DNA of 64,000 nucleotides from Alphaproteobacteria bacterium (GTDB lineage: Bacteria; Pseudomonadota; Alphaproteobacteria; UBA828). The stretch is taken from NCBI GenBank assembly GCA_965214705.1, contig CBDCCI010000002.1:192001-256000 (forward strand), given 5' to 3'. The position numbers were made by a program, and so were the translations under genes. Within the stretch, counting starts at the first letter, position 1. Every line of letters begins with the position of its first letter. The notes beneath the pieces were generated by a model. It made no database searches, was not told where the DNA came from, and was given only the letters and a program-made list of their open reading frames with translations. Positions 31,363 through 40,990 of this stretch are shown in pieces.

Positions 31363-32568
31363 GTGCCGCGACGTAGCACGCTGACGCTGTCGGGCCGGTC
31401 GGTGGACCGGCTCTCGGTCGAGGGCAGGGACCGGATCTTCTGGGACCGCGAGCTGGCGGGCTTCGGGGTCCGCGTCTACCCCTCGGGGCGGAAGGTCTAC
31501 GTCGTCCAGAGCCGGGCCCAAGGCGGGCCCAGGCGGGTGACGCTGGGTACCCACGGCGAGCTCACCACGACCCAAGCCAGGCTGCGCGCCGCCCAGGCCA
31601 TCGACCGCATCAAGCGGGGCGAGGAGCCCGCAGCACCGCCTGCCCAGGCCGGCGCCACCATCGCCGACCTCGCCGCCCGCTACCTGAGCGCCCATGTCGC
31701 GCAGAACTGCAACGCCCATACCGCCGGCATCTACCGGGGATCGCTGGAGAACCACATCCTGCCTGCCCTCGGCATGATGCCGCTCGCCATGGTCGAGACC
31801 GCCCACGTCGCGGCCTTGCACTACCGGCTGCGCTCTACGCCAAGGGCCGCCAACCGCGCGCTCTCGGTCCTCTCCAAGATGTTCTCCCTCGCGGCTGCCT
31901 GGGGCCTGGTGGCCGACGGCACCAACCCCTGCCGGGGCGTGCGCAAATACAAGGAGAAGAAGCGCGAGCGCTTCCTCACCCGCGACGAGTACCGCAGGTT
32001 GGGTCAGGCGCTGGTGAAGGCCGAGCTTGAGGCCGAGGCCGGCGTAGAAGGCGCGGTCTCGCCCTACGCCATCGCAGCGTTGCGCCTGCTCATGCTCACC
32101 GGCTGCCGCCTCAACGAGATCCTCACGCTCCGCTGGGACGATATCGACCGTACCGCCGGCGAGTTCCGGCTCCGCGACGGCAAGACAGGGGCCCGCATGG
32201 TCCCGCTCACGCCCACGGCAGAGACGGTGCTGGCCGGGATTCAACGTGTGCCGAACAACCCCTGGGTCATCGCCGGCAAGAAGCCCGGCACCCACCTCGC
32301 CACCATCACCGCAGACTGGTATCGCCTGCGTGCCCATGCGGGATTGGACGACGTGCGCATCCACGACCTCCGCCACTCCTACGCTAGCCGCGCGCTGGCG
32401 GCGGGCGAGAGCCTGAGCATGATCGGCAAGCTGCTGGGCCATGCCGACATCCAGACCACCGCCCGCTACGCCCATCTGGCACGCGAGACCAAGCGCCTGT
32501 CTGCCGCCCGCGTCGGCGGCAGCATCGGTGCCGAGGGCACTGGCGATAAGGACAGCCCCTCAACATGA
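31363..32568 (+). CDS. Tyrosine recombinase/integrase with arm-binding domain (type A, copy 1)
   Basis: WDRELAGFGVRV arm domain; TGCRLNEI, KTG, HDLRH, LLGH, TARY catalytic set; start 31354 or 31363. Confidence 0.92.
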   Translation: MPRRSTLTLSGRSVDRLSVEGRDRIFWDRELAGFGVRVYPSGRKVYVVQSRAQGGPRRVTLGTHGELTTTQARLRAAQAIDRIKRGEEPAAPPAQAGATIADLAARYLSAHVAQNCNAHTAGIYRGSLENHILPALGMMPLAMVETAHVAALHYRLRSTPRAANRALSVLSKMFSLAAAWGLVADGTNPCRGVRKYKEKKRERFLTRDEYRRLGQALVKAELEAEAGVEGAVSPYAIAALRLLMLTGCRLNEILTLRWDDIDRTAGEFRLRDGKTGARMVPLTPTAETVLAGIQRVPNNPWVIAGKKPGTHLATITADWYRLRAHAGLDDVRIHDLRHSYASRALAAGESLSMIGKLLGHADIQTTARYAHLARETKRLSAARVGGSIGAEGTGDKDSPST

Positions 32569-33446
32569 ACGTGGCAGTGCCCTCGGCACTTCCCGCGCAG
32601 GGAACGATCACGGAGCACACCGTGGCGGCGCTCTCTGCGGGCAGGGACACGGTGGTCTGGGACCGGGCGCTGACCGGCTTCGGCGTCCGGGTCTATCCCT
32701 CCGGCGCCAAGGTCTACGTGGTGCAGGCGCGGGGGCCCCAAGGCACGAAGCGCATCACCGTGGGCCGCCACGGGGTGATCGGGGCTCAGGAAGCCCGCCG
32801 GCGCGCGGCGCTCATCATCGCCCGCATCCGCGCGGGTGAGGCGCCCGTTCCCGAGGCACAGAAGACCGAGACCATCACCGTTGCCACCCTCGCCCAGCGC
32901 TACCTGCGCGAGCACGTGGCAGTGCATTGCAAGCCGACGACGGCGGCCCAGTACCGGCTTGCCATCGAGCGCTACATCGTGCCCGCCCTCGGCACCTGCC
33001 CGGTCTCATCCCTCGGGCGCGCGCAGGTGGCCGAGCTGCAGCATTCGCTTAGCGACCGCCCGGCCATGGCCAACCTGGTGATCGCGACCCTCTCGCGCAT
33101 GATCGACCAGGCCATGGCCTGGGGCGTGGCGGGGGAGATGAGCAACCCCTGTCGCTCCGCCCCCAAGTACCGGACGCGCCGGCGCGAGCGCTTCCTGACG
33201 GACGCGGAGTTCCAGCGGCTCGGCCGGGTGCTGGACGAGATGGAGGCGGAGGGGCGCCTCTCTCCCTACGCAGGGGCGGCGCTCCGCCTGCTCATGCTCA
33301 CCGGCTGCTGGCGCAACGAGATCCTGACGCTGCGCTGGGAGGACGTGCATCTGCAAACGCAGGAGCTGCATCTCAGCGACAGAAAGACAGGGACATTTGT
33401 CGACGGCTACGCTAATCATGCGTTCAGCTACGCTGGCGCGCGATAG
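32565..33446 (+). pseudogene. Truncated tyrosine recombinase (type B, copy 1)
   Basis: Arm and core-binding domains present; aligned catalytic Arg reads TGG (TGCWRNEI, 33309-33311); homology ends after DRKTG (~33390); no HxxR or Tyr. Confidence 0.85.
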
Positions 33447-33540
33447 AGCATTATATTTACTACTGTTTTCTTGATACCTCACCGTATTGGGCCCCTTGCA
33501 ACGCCGCAGAGAATGCGCTTGAATACGTCCCGGCTCGATG

Positions 33541-33554
33541 TCGCACATGTGCGA
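33541..33554. promoter_or_regulatory. 14-bp palindrome upstream of third integrase
   Basis: TCGCACATGTGCGA perfect palindrome ~20 bp before the ATG. Confidence 0.4.
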
Positions 33555-33575
33555 TTTGATCACGGAGATGGCGCC

Positions 33576-34757
33576 ATGCCCAAGCGAAGCACTCTGAAGA
33601 TCGCCAAGCGCACCGTCGATGCGCTCCGCGTCGAGCGCGGCGACGCAACCTTCTGGGACCGCGACCTCGCCGGCTTCGGCGTCCGCGTGCACGCGACCGG
33701 GCGCAAGGTCTACGTGGTGCAGTCCAGGGGGCCGGGGGGGCTGAAGCGCGCTCGGGTCGGCAGGCACGGCGACATCACCGTCGAAGAGGCGAGAACGCGC
33801 GCGGCGGCGGCGATCGACCGGATCAAGCGGGGCGAGGATCCCTTCCCGGCGCCTGCGGCGCCGGCACTTACCGTGGCCGGACTGGCGGAGCGCTATCTGG
33901 AGAAGCATGTGGCGATGCACTGCAAGCCGAAGACGGCGGCACTCTACCGGACGGTGCTGGACCTGCACATCCTGCCGGTGCTGGGCGGCAAGGCGCTCGG
34001 CGAGGTGGGGCGGGAGGACGCGGCGGAGCTGCATCACCGGCTGCGCGACACCCCCTACATGGCCAACACCGCCGCAGGGATCCTGTCGAAGATGTATCGG
34101 CTGGCGGAGAGCTGGGAGCTGGTGCCGCGCGGCTCCAACCCGTGCCGGTCGCTGCGCTACTACCGCGAGCATGCGCGCGAGCGGTTCCTGACGCCGGAGG
34201 AGTACCGCCGGCTGGGCGCGGCGCTGCGCGAGGCGGAATCGAAGGCAACGCCGTGGCCGCAGGCGGTGGCGGCAATCCGGCTGCTGATGCTGAGCGGCTG
34301 CCGCAAGAGCGAGATCCTGACGCTGAGGTGGGACGACGTGGACCGGGTGGCGAACGAGCTGCGGTTGAGGGACGCGAAGTCGGGGCCGCGCATGGTGCCG
34401 CTGACCCCGCCGCTGGTGAAGGTGCTCGACGGCATTCCCCGGATAGAGGGCAATCCGTGGGTCGTGCCGGGCCGCAAGCCGGAAACCCATCTGATCAACC
34501 TCGACTACTACTGGAAGCGCATCGCGGTGGAGGCCGGCATCGAGAACGTCCGCCTTCACGATGCCCGTCATTCCTATGCGAGCCGGGCGCTGGCGCTGGG
34601 GGAGAGCCTGAGCATGATCGGGCGGCTGCTAGGCCATTCCCGGGTGGCGACGACGGCGCGCTATGCGCATCTGGTGCGCGACGCGGAGAAGGCGGCGGCG
34701 GGCCGGGTGGGCGACAGCATCGGCGTTCACGTGGCGCCGGAGCGGAGCGCGGCATGA
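33576..34757 (+). CDS. Tyrosine recombinase/integrase (type A, copy 2)
   Basis: MPKRSTLK start with GGAG RBS; SGCRKSEI, HDARH, LLGH, TARY. Confidence 0.92.
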   Translation: MPKRSTLKIAKRTVDALRVERGDATFWDRDLAGFGVRVHATGRKVYVVQSRGPGGLKRARVGRHGDITVEEARTRAAAAIDRIKRGEDPFPAPAAPALTVAGLAERYLEKHVAMHCKPKTAALYRTVLDLHILPVLGGKALGEVGREDAAELHHRLRDTPYMANTAAGILSKMYRLAESWELVPRGSNPCRSLRYYREHARERFLTPEEYRRLGAALREAESKATPWPQAVAAIRLLMLSGCRKSEILTLRWDDVDRVANELRLRDAKSGPRMVPLTPPLVKVLDGIPRIEGNPWVVPGRKPETHLINLDYYWKRIAVEAGIENVRLHDARHSYASRALALGESLSMIGRLLGHSRVATTARYAHLVRDAEKAAAGRVGDSIGVHVAPERSAA

Positions 34758-35926
34758 AGGGGACGCGGCGGCGGACGATTTCCAACCGCATGGTGGCGGC
34801 GCTGGAGGTCGAGCGGGACACGGTGTTCTGGGACCGGGAGCTGAAGGGCTTCGGGGTGCGGGCCTATCCCGGCGGCGGCAAGGTCTACGTCGCTCAGGCG
34901 CGCGGTCCGAAGGGCCCGAGACGCGTCACGGTGGGGCGCCATGGTGTGGTCAACGCCGAGGAAGCGAAGCAACGCGCGGCGCTGATCATCGCGCGGGTCA
35001 AGGCGGGCGAGGACCCGGTGCCGGAGCCGCTGGCGGGGAAGCAGGCACAGGGGCCGACGGTTGGCGATCTCGCGGTGCGCTATCTCGAGGAGCACGTGGC
35101 GGTGCGCTGCAAGCCGAAGACCGCGCGCACGACGCGTAGCGTGGTGGAACGGCACATAGTGCCGAAGCTCGGCGGGCTGGCGCTGGGGGCGGTCGAGCCC
35201 CGTCACGTGATCGAGTTTCATCACGGTCTCAGCGACCGGCCCGCGATGGCGAACATGGCGGTGGCCACGCTGTCTCACATGTACCGGCTGGCCGAGGGCT
35301 GGGGCATGGTGGCGGATGGCATTAACCCGTGCGGGTCGGTGACGAGGTATCCGGCGAAGCGCCGGGAACGGTTCCTGACCGACGTGGAGTTCGAGAAACT
35401 GGGCCGGGTGCTGGACGAGGCGGAGGAGACAGGCGGCGCGTCGGCGGGTGCGGTAACCGCAATCCGGCTGCTGATGCTGACGGGGTGCCGGAAGAACGAG
35501 ATCCTGAGCCTGCGCTGGCGGGACGTGGACCTCGATGCGGGCGAGCTGGCGTTGGCCGACGCGAAGACGGGCTCGCGCGCGGTGCCTCTGCCGTCCTCGG
35601 CGGCGCGGCTGCTGGCTGCGCTGCCCCGCAAGCCCGGCAATCCCTGGGTCATTCCGGGACACAAGCCGGGCACGCACATTACCGACATCGACGATGCCTG
35701 GCAGACGCTGCGGGCGCGCGCCGGGCTCAAAGACGTGCGCCTTCATGACCTTCGCCACAGCTACGCTTCCAGGGCTCTCGCGCTCGGAGAGAGCCTGCCG
35801 ATGATCGGCAAGCTGCTGGGCCACAGCCAGGTGGAGACCACGGCGCGCTATGCGCACCTGGCGCGCGAGTCGGTGCACGAGGCGGCGGCCCGGCTCGCAG
35901 ACAGTCTCGCCGCTGACGTATTGTAG
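34754..35926 (+). CDS. Tyrosine recombinase/integrase (type B, copy 2)
   Basis: ATGA overlap; WDRELKGFGVR, TGCRKNEI, HDLRH, LLGHSQ, TARY. Confidence 0.92.
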   Translation: MKGTRRRTISNRMVAALEVERDTVFWDRELKGFGVRAYPGGGKVYVAQARGPKGPRRVTVGRHGVVNAEEAKQRAALIIARVKAGEDPVPEPLAGKQAQGPTVGDLAVRYLEEHVAVRCKPKTARTTRSVVERHIVPKLGGLALGAVEPRHVIEFHHGLSDRPAMANMAVATLSHMYRLAEGWGMVADGINPCGSVTRYPAKRRERFLTDVEFEKLGRVLDEAEETGGASAGAVTAIRLLMLTGCRKNEILSLRWRDVDLDAGELALADAKTGSRAVPLPSSAARLLAALPRKPGNPWVIPGHKPGTHITDIDDAWQTLRARAGLKDVRLHDLRHSYASRALALGESLPMIGKLLGHSQVETTARYAHLARESVHEAAARLADSLAADVL

Positions 35927-36110
35927 GCTCGCACTTCGGGAATATCGGCGCCCATGCCGTCATGGATGGAAAAGCGGGCCGGGCACTTGGCGGTCTGTTC
36001 GGGTTGATGGCCGTGACTGTCAATTGTTGAGAACACCGCACGCGCTGGAAATAGATCGCACCGGGCTCTGCATTCGATCACATGGCGGCATTCCCTGCAC
36101 TCACCGGCGG

Positions 36111-38426
36111 TCAAGAATCGGGGACAAGTGCATCGCCGGTCTGCAAGTACAGAATATCACATCGAACCTCCAACCGTTTGCGCTCATCAGCCCTAGGCAG
36201 AAATTCTTTCGCGATCTCTTCCGGAATAGGAATGAAAGTGCGATTTTTGGTAAGAATAGTTGCGGTAATCCTTGGCCCACCTCCGGATCCAGAACCTACC
36301 AGTCCTGGACACAGAATGTCGTAGTACAGTCCAAAATGTTTTGAATGGTGATGAAATACGAAAATAACCTTACGACCACCCCACACGATGTCTGTCGAAT
36401 GAGGCTGAAGAAAGAAGTGTCCCTTGTCGCGCTGAACACGATCACTTATTGAAAGAAAGCAGCGATATCCGTTAACCGGCGTTTCGCTCGTCAATATAAG
36501 AGCCCTTGTCTCCTCTTCCCGACGATCAATACCAGGTATTGCGCCGAGGGAGTCGGAAAGGTCTTCTTGTGACACTTCACTTCCGGGTTCACGAATAACG
36601 GACGAAAGTGGCGCCGTTCCGTCACGGCTTACCTCGACGAAAGATCGGTCTGTGTTGGCCAGCCGTTTCTTTGCATCCGCGACCGTCATCCTTCCTGCGT
36701 GCAACTCCTCGAAGATATCCTCAAGGTTCGCCTTATCGTCTAGTTCATACTCAAACCATTCCCGATTTGACCGCAGGTGACGCAAGAAGGCTTCCGAACC
36801 CTCCCGAGTACTGCTTGGCACCAGATTCGCGATTCTCGAGAAGAGCGTTGACCGGACGAAATCCTTTACGAAGGGACCGAACGCGTTGAAATCGTCGCGA
36901 TAGAGAGAAAGCAGGGGAGCAACACTAGTTGAATCCGGGTCCAGATAAATCACAACGGGCAAGCTGGAATCTTTAACGAGCACTGGCAACCCGCCTGAGA
37001 TTGCGCCAAAACGCACGTCCACTTCAAGAAAGTAGTCGTCTTCCAGGATCCTTGCCATGCGAGTCGCCAAAGCCGAATGAGCGAAACTGAGTCCCCCAAT
37101 TTCGAACTCCTTAGTCACGCGAGGTCTTGTATCGACCTCCTGGATACCCTGACTCGTGAGGTAGCCCAACTCACAGTCCCGACGTGGCGATCTTCGGGAA
37201 ACCACGACGAGTGGTTCGTCCTCGCTTGCATACGTCTGAATGACCGATTCATCGCGGCCACTGTAGTATCGTAGTCCACCACGCTCCACCACCGTCGCCA
37301 ACGGTTCGGACTTACTGTTTGGCCGAGGTATGACCTCAAGTGGACCGCAGAGGGCGAACTGTCCTGTCGCAAGGATCCAACGCAGGAATCCGTCGTTGGC
37401 GAAGGACACCGAATGCTCGGCGGCGATTGGAGAAACTACCTGGTCGAGCGCTGAAACAACTTGTTGAAGCAGTTGATTTGAGGGGGCATCCAATGCTTCA
37501 CGACCTGCGGTAGGTTTCAGAAACGGCAGGTCGACTACTCCACCCCAATGGTATCCTGATTGCATCGCAACGGTCGCAAGACCGAATCCAGACCGTAACG
37601 TTCGGATAACGTTACGGTCCTGAAGCAGGATAATCGAACCTGGCCTTCCCAGTCCTGTTTGCGATAGGACGTGTTCCATCACAACGCGAAGTTCGCCAGA
37701 CGCCATGCCCAGCACCTCAAGATCGCCAGAGACGATTCCGGCAAGGGATGCACCTGGGAGACGTTTTGACCAGGAGTGTCGTTCGGAAGGGAGCACGGTT
37801 CTGGGACCGGCGCCGCTCAGCATTTCGCCGTTAAACCAGACTGGTACGTCTACGAACTCGACGAACCCATGGAGGAAAGCGCGAGCGTCGTGCACAGGCA
37901 TTCTGCTCTCGGGAGCCAAGCGAGCCTGAACAGTGGTACCTGGCTGTCCCACTGGCTCCATCGAAACAAGGGAGATGCTCTTGTTGTCCGTGGACAACTC
38001 CGCCTTCCGCACGGACGAAAACGTGCGTTCTTGGGCAAGCGCCGATTCACTTTCCACGGACAGTTCGTGGGCGACGCCAAAATTCGCCATGGCCCCGATG
38101 CCGAATGTTCCCACCACGCCAGCCGCTCGCGCAGTTTCGGTGTTCTTTCCACTCCTTCCTGCATACCAGAAGTTCGTTTCGATCTCTTCGGCAGTCATGC
38201 CGATCCCGTTATCGGCTACGATGACGCTTTCGTCGTCTACAGTTACCCGAATTGCCGGCTTGAAGTTTTGATTCGGAATCGCCTGTCTCATTCGAACGGC
38301 GTCAAATGCGTTCTGCGTGTTCTCGCGAAGAAGCGCCAAAGGTGACTGGTAGATTTGGTCGGCAAGGAGTTCTAGCATCCGGGAGAGCTCGAGTTTGAAG
38401 GCGATTTTCTTCTCAGTTGAGCTCAT
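36111..38426 (-). CDS. Hsp90/GHKL-family ATPase with long uncharacterised C-terminus
   Basis: IYQSPLALLRENTQNAFDA (N box), DNGIGMT (G1), GTFGIG (G2); 771 aa; lower GC than host. Confidence 0.85.
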   Translation of the reverse strand: MSSTEKKIAFKLELSRMLELLADQIYQSPLALLRENTQNAFDAVRMRQAIPNQNFKPAIRVTVDDESVIVADNGIGMTAEEIETNFWYAGRSGKNTETARAAGVVGTFGIGAMANFGVAHELSVESESALAQERTFSSVRKAELSTDNKSISLVSMEPVGQPGTTVQARLAPESRMPVHDARAFLHGFVEFVDVPVWFNGEMLSGAGPRTVLPSERHSWSKRLPGASLAGIVSGDLEVLGMASGELRVVMEHVLSQTGLGRPGSIILLQDRNVIRTLRSGFGLATVAMQSGYHWGGVVDLPFLKPTAGREALDAPSNQLLQQVVSALDQVVSPIAAEHSVSFANDGFLRWILATGQFALCGPLEVIPRPNSKSEPLATVVERGGLRYYSGRDESVIQTYASEDEPLVVVSRRSPRRDCELGYLTSQGIQEVDTRPRVTKEFEIGGLSFAHSALATRMARILEDDYFLEVDVRFGAISGGLPVLVKDSSLPVVIYLDPDSTSVAPLLSLYRDDFNAFGPFVKDFVRSTLFSRIANLVPSSTREGSEAFLRHLRSNREWFEYELDDKANLEDIFEELHAGRMTVADAKKRLANTDRSFVEVSRDGTAPLSSVIREPGSEVSQEDLSDSLGAIPGIDRREEETRALILTSETPVNGYRCFLSISDRVQRDKGHFFLQPHSTDIVWGGRKVIFVFHHHSKHFGLYYDILCPGLVGSGSGGGPRITATILTKNRTFIPIPEEIAKEFLPRADERKRLEVRCDILYLQTGDALVPDS

Positions 38427-39847
38427 TGCGTCATCCCTCTAGCGGCGATTGTTGCTTTCAGTTCTTCGAAGAGACCGAAAGGTACCAGAGGTTTCGAAGC
38501 CCGAAGGCAGATCATGGCCTCGTCAAATCGACGAGCGTCAAGGAGCAGGGAGACGATCTCTACAACCTCACCCACATTCTCGGGTGGGTCGAGTAGCGCG
38601 ATCAGCCTATTCGTCTGACCAAGCCCTCTTAGGGCCTCTATTTCGACCTGTCTCTTCTCCATCGTTCGACAGGATGGCACATCTGCAATGAGCGCGAGAG
38701 CTTTCTCATACTGCTTGTTGCCGATGGCTGTCATTGCGTCGTCGAGCCGTTGGTTGGCCGTAGGGCCGGCTGCCTGACGCCGTGCTGGCGGCAAACTCAG
38801 GCTAATGGACGTTCTACCACCGAAATCGTCTCGATGAGCGCCGGTAAATACTCCCGCTGGCGACATGCCCCTCACATGAATCGTAATCGATCCTCTGTCT
38901 GGATCTACCACTACAACATTGAATTGGCGACGTTCTCCCATCGGCAACTCGCCATCGCCGACCGCAAGGGATCCAGCGCCCACCACGACCATTGAGGTCA
39001 GATTCGGTAGACGTAGCTCAAACGGAGCCGCTCCGGGATAATGCTGATGCCCATGCAGACCGAGACCGAAGCCAAAATCGACCAGCCTGTGCACTATGCG
39101 CTGATCCATGTAATCGTGCGCGCGCGGTCCGCCCGTTATGTTGTGGTGCCACACCGCGAGGCCTAGCCCGGTTTTCGATCCCGCAAGGAGTTTTTGCGAC
39201 AGAGCCAGAGACGTTGGATCGATATCTCCGACATGGCAAAAGCAGTCATTACCGTACCACGAGGAAAATCCGGCCACGGAAAAGTCTAAGTCTGGATATT
39301 CGATAAAGAAGAGATCCTCAGTTCCATGTTCTAGTGGGTTTGGCGCCATTCCTTCGTAGAAATTCTTCCGAAATTTTCGGAAATGCTCAAACCGGGACGC
39401 ATACAAGTGCTGGTCGAAGATCTCGTAGGCTTTCCGGTCTCTCCAATTCCAGCGAAAACCTGAAGCGGCCTCAATGGCCTTTGTCGCAATGCCGTCCGGG
39501 CAAGTTCCAATCGATTTCATCGCCGCAAGCGAGCGACACCAGTGAACGTCGTGGTTTCCAGGGACGATGACTATTCGCGATCGGTCGGAATCAACAAACT
39601 CCTTTCCCAGATTATCGAGAAATTCAGCAGCTTCACGGTACTGGGCCTCAACCAAGACATCCGGATTGAGTGAGTCCAATCCTGCACCCTGAATCAAGTC
39701 ACCGCTTACCACGATTAGCTCGGGTCTCGGTATTCCTTCCGAGGTCCATCGGGCGGCATCGCTGATGATCGCTGAGAGAAGCTCGGTATTACTTAGATGG
39801 GGTCCTGATGTTCGATGCAAGTCGGAGATATGGAGCAACGTGGGCAC
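38423..39847 (-). CDS. Calcineurin-like metallophosphoesterase with C-terminal helical (TPR-like) region
   Basis: HISDLH, VSGDL, PGNHD, WHH, LHGHQH; GTG start with GAGG RBS; ATGA overlap with the ATPase. Confidence 0.87.
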   Translation of the reverse strand: MPTLLHISDLHRTSGPHLSNTELLSAIISDAARWTSEGIPRPELIVVSGDLIQGAGLDSLNPDVLVEAQYREAAEFLDNLGKEFVDSDRSRIVIVPGNHDVHWCRSLAAMKSIGTCPDGIATKAIEAASGFRWNWRDRKAYEIFDQHLYASRFEHFRKFRKNFYEGMAPNPLEHGTEDLFFIEYPDLDFSVAGFSSWYGNDCFCHVGDIDPTSLALSQKLLAGSKTGLGLAVWHHNITGGPRAHDYMDQRIVHRLVDFGFGLGLHGHQHYPGAAPFELRLPNLTSMVVVGAGSLAVGDGELPMGERRQFNVVVVDPDRGSITIHVRGMSPAGVFTGAHRDDFGGRTSISLSLPPARRQAAGPTANQRLDDAMTAIGNKQYEKALALIADVPSCRTMEKRQVEIEALRGLGQTNRLIALLDPPENVGEVVEIVSLLLDARRFDEAMICLRASKPLVPFGLFEELKATIAARGMTQ

Positions 39848-40045
39848 GAATTCATCCTCGACCGCAGAGTTATCGTTCAGCCTGAGCTGGATGGACAGCA
39901 CGACTGGTGGGTTCGGAAAACGATCCCGAGCGTTCGGATACCTCGCTTCCGTCGATAGCGGCCAGCGCAATCTCCTGCATGTCGGGCGAGTACCATGCGA
40001 TGCCGGTCGACTGCCTGTCGCAACCAATAAAGGGTCGCGAAACCC

Positions 40046-40990
40046 TCATTTCTCCGTTCTGGGACCGAGGAAGCGCTCGCCATCGTAGTGAATCATGTGG
40101 TCGGGCGAATCGCATAGCCACACTTCAGTTTCCCAAGCGATGTTCTTGATGTGCTTGCGAAACTCCCTCAAATCCGGAAACGCGCTGACATAGACGGTAC
40201 CCGCCGCGCAGTCGGCGAGCATGGCTTCCAGGTCGACCACGCGTGTTGGCGAGACCGGGCCGTGAGACGTCACCGCCTCGACCAGAAACAGCCACTCGCG
40301 TTCGCCGTCGTAGAGCACGACGTCGGGCAGCTTGTCGTGGTCGGTGATCGCGATGCCGAGCTCGTTCAGTCGATCCCTGTCGACGAACAGGTTCTTCCTG
40401 GCTGTATCACCGAGATACAGCAGGTGAGCACCGGGAGCGAACCGCGGCGCGAACTGCTCGACGATGGCTTTTTGAACCTCATTGTGCCGGCCCGGTGAGA
40501 GCCGAAGCTCCCGCCCGTCGGGCAACTTGACCGGTATGAGGGTGCGGTCCCGATCACGTGCGTAGCGTTCTACGAGCGTGCCCTGCTCCAGGCGGAACCG
40601 TTCCACGGCGGCGTCCCATTCATCGCGGCCATAGCACTGAACGACGTCTAGGACCGCTTCGCTGACAGCGTAATGGGCCTTCGGGCTGTTTGTCGCGAGG
40701 CTGGGTTCGAATGGATTGTAGTCGGCAATGCCGCCTTGGACGAACTGGTGGAGCACCTGTCGGCGAAAGGTCTCGCGCGTGTTCGGCGCATAATCTGTGC
40801 CGTAGTGCTGCTCGAGGTAGTCCATGATGCCCTTGGTCACCGTGCATCGGCGTCGCTCGGCGGCGGACCAGGGGGTATCGGGCGTCAGTCCGCAGAGCGC
40901 GAGCAGCGTCATCCCGGCCATTGGATTGTGCTGCGCGGGCGGCATGCCCAAGGCTTCGAGAATGCGCTGTGCCTCCTGGACGTCAGCCAA
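40046..40990 (-). CDS. Type II restriction endonuclease, BsuBI/PstI family
   Basis: YAPNTRETFRRQVLHQF HTH; LSPGRHN, KLPDVVLY..LVEAVTSHGP, IAWETEVW. Confidence 0.92.
   Translation of the reverse strand: MADVQEAQRILEALGMPPAQHNPMAGMTLLALCGLTPDTPWSAAERRRCTVTKGIMDYLEQHYGTDYAPNTRETFRRQVLHQFVQGGIADYNPFEPSLATNSPKAHYAVSEAVLDVVQCYGRDEWDAAVERFRLEQGTLVERYARDRDRTLIPVKLPDGRELRLSPGRHNEVQKAIVEQFAPRFAPGAHLLYLGDTARKNLFVDRDRLNELGIAITDHDKLPDVVLYDGEREWLFLVEAVTSHGPVSPTRVVDLEAMLADCAAGTVYVSAFPDLREFRKHIKNIAWETEVWLCDSPDHMIHYDGERFLGPRTEK

Noticed and set aside
30785-36028. GTCAATTGT on both sides of the integrase array as a target duplication
   Set aside because: Only 9 bp, near-palindromic, flanks do not extend; chance cannot be excluded.
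36111-38426. Housekeeping htpG
   Set aside because: Similarity is confined to the N-terminal ATPase; it lacks recognisable HtpG middle-domain motifs and sits in low-GC mobile cargo.
40235-40250. CACGCGTG in the endonuclease gene, and partial GGACACG.G matches near 46201 and 53249, as further 15-bp units
   Set aside because: Only the core or half-site matches, so they were not counted.
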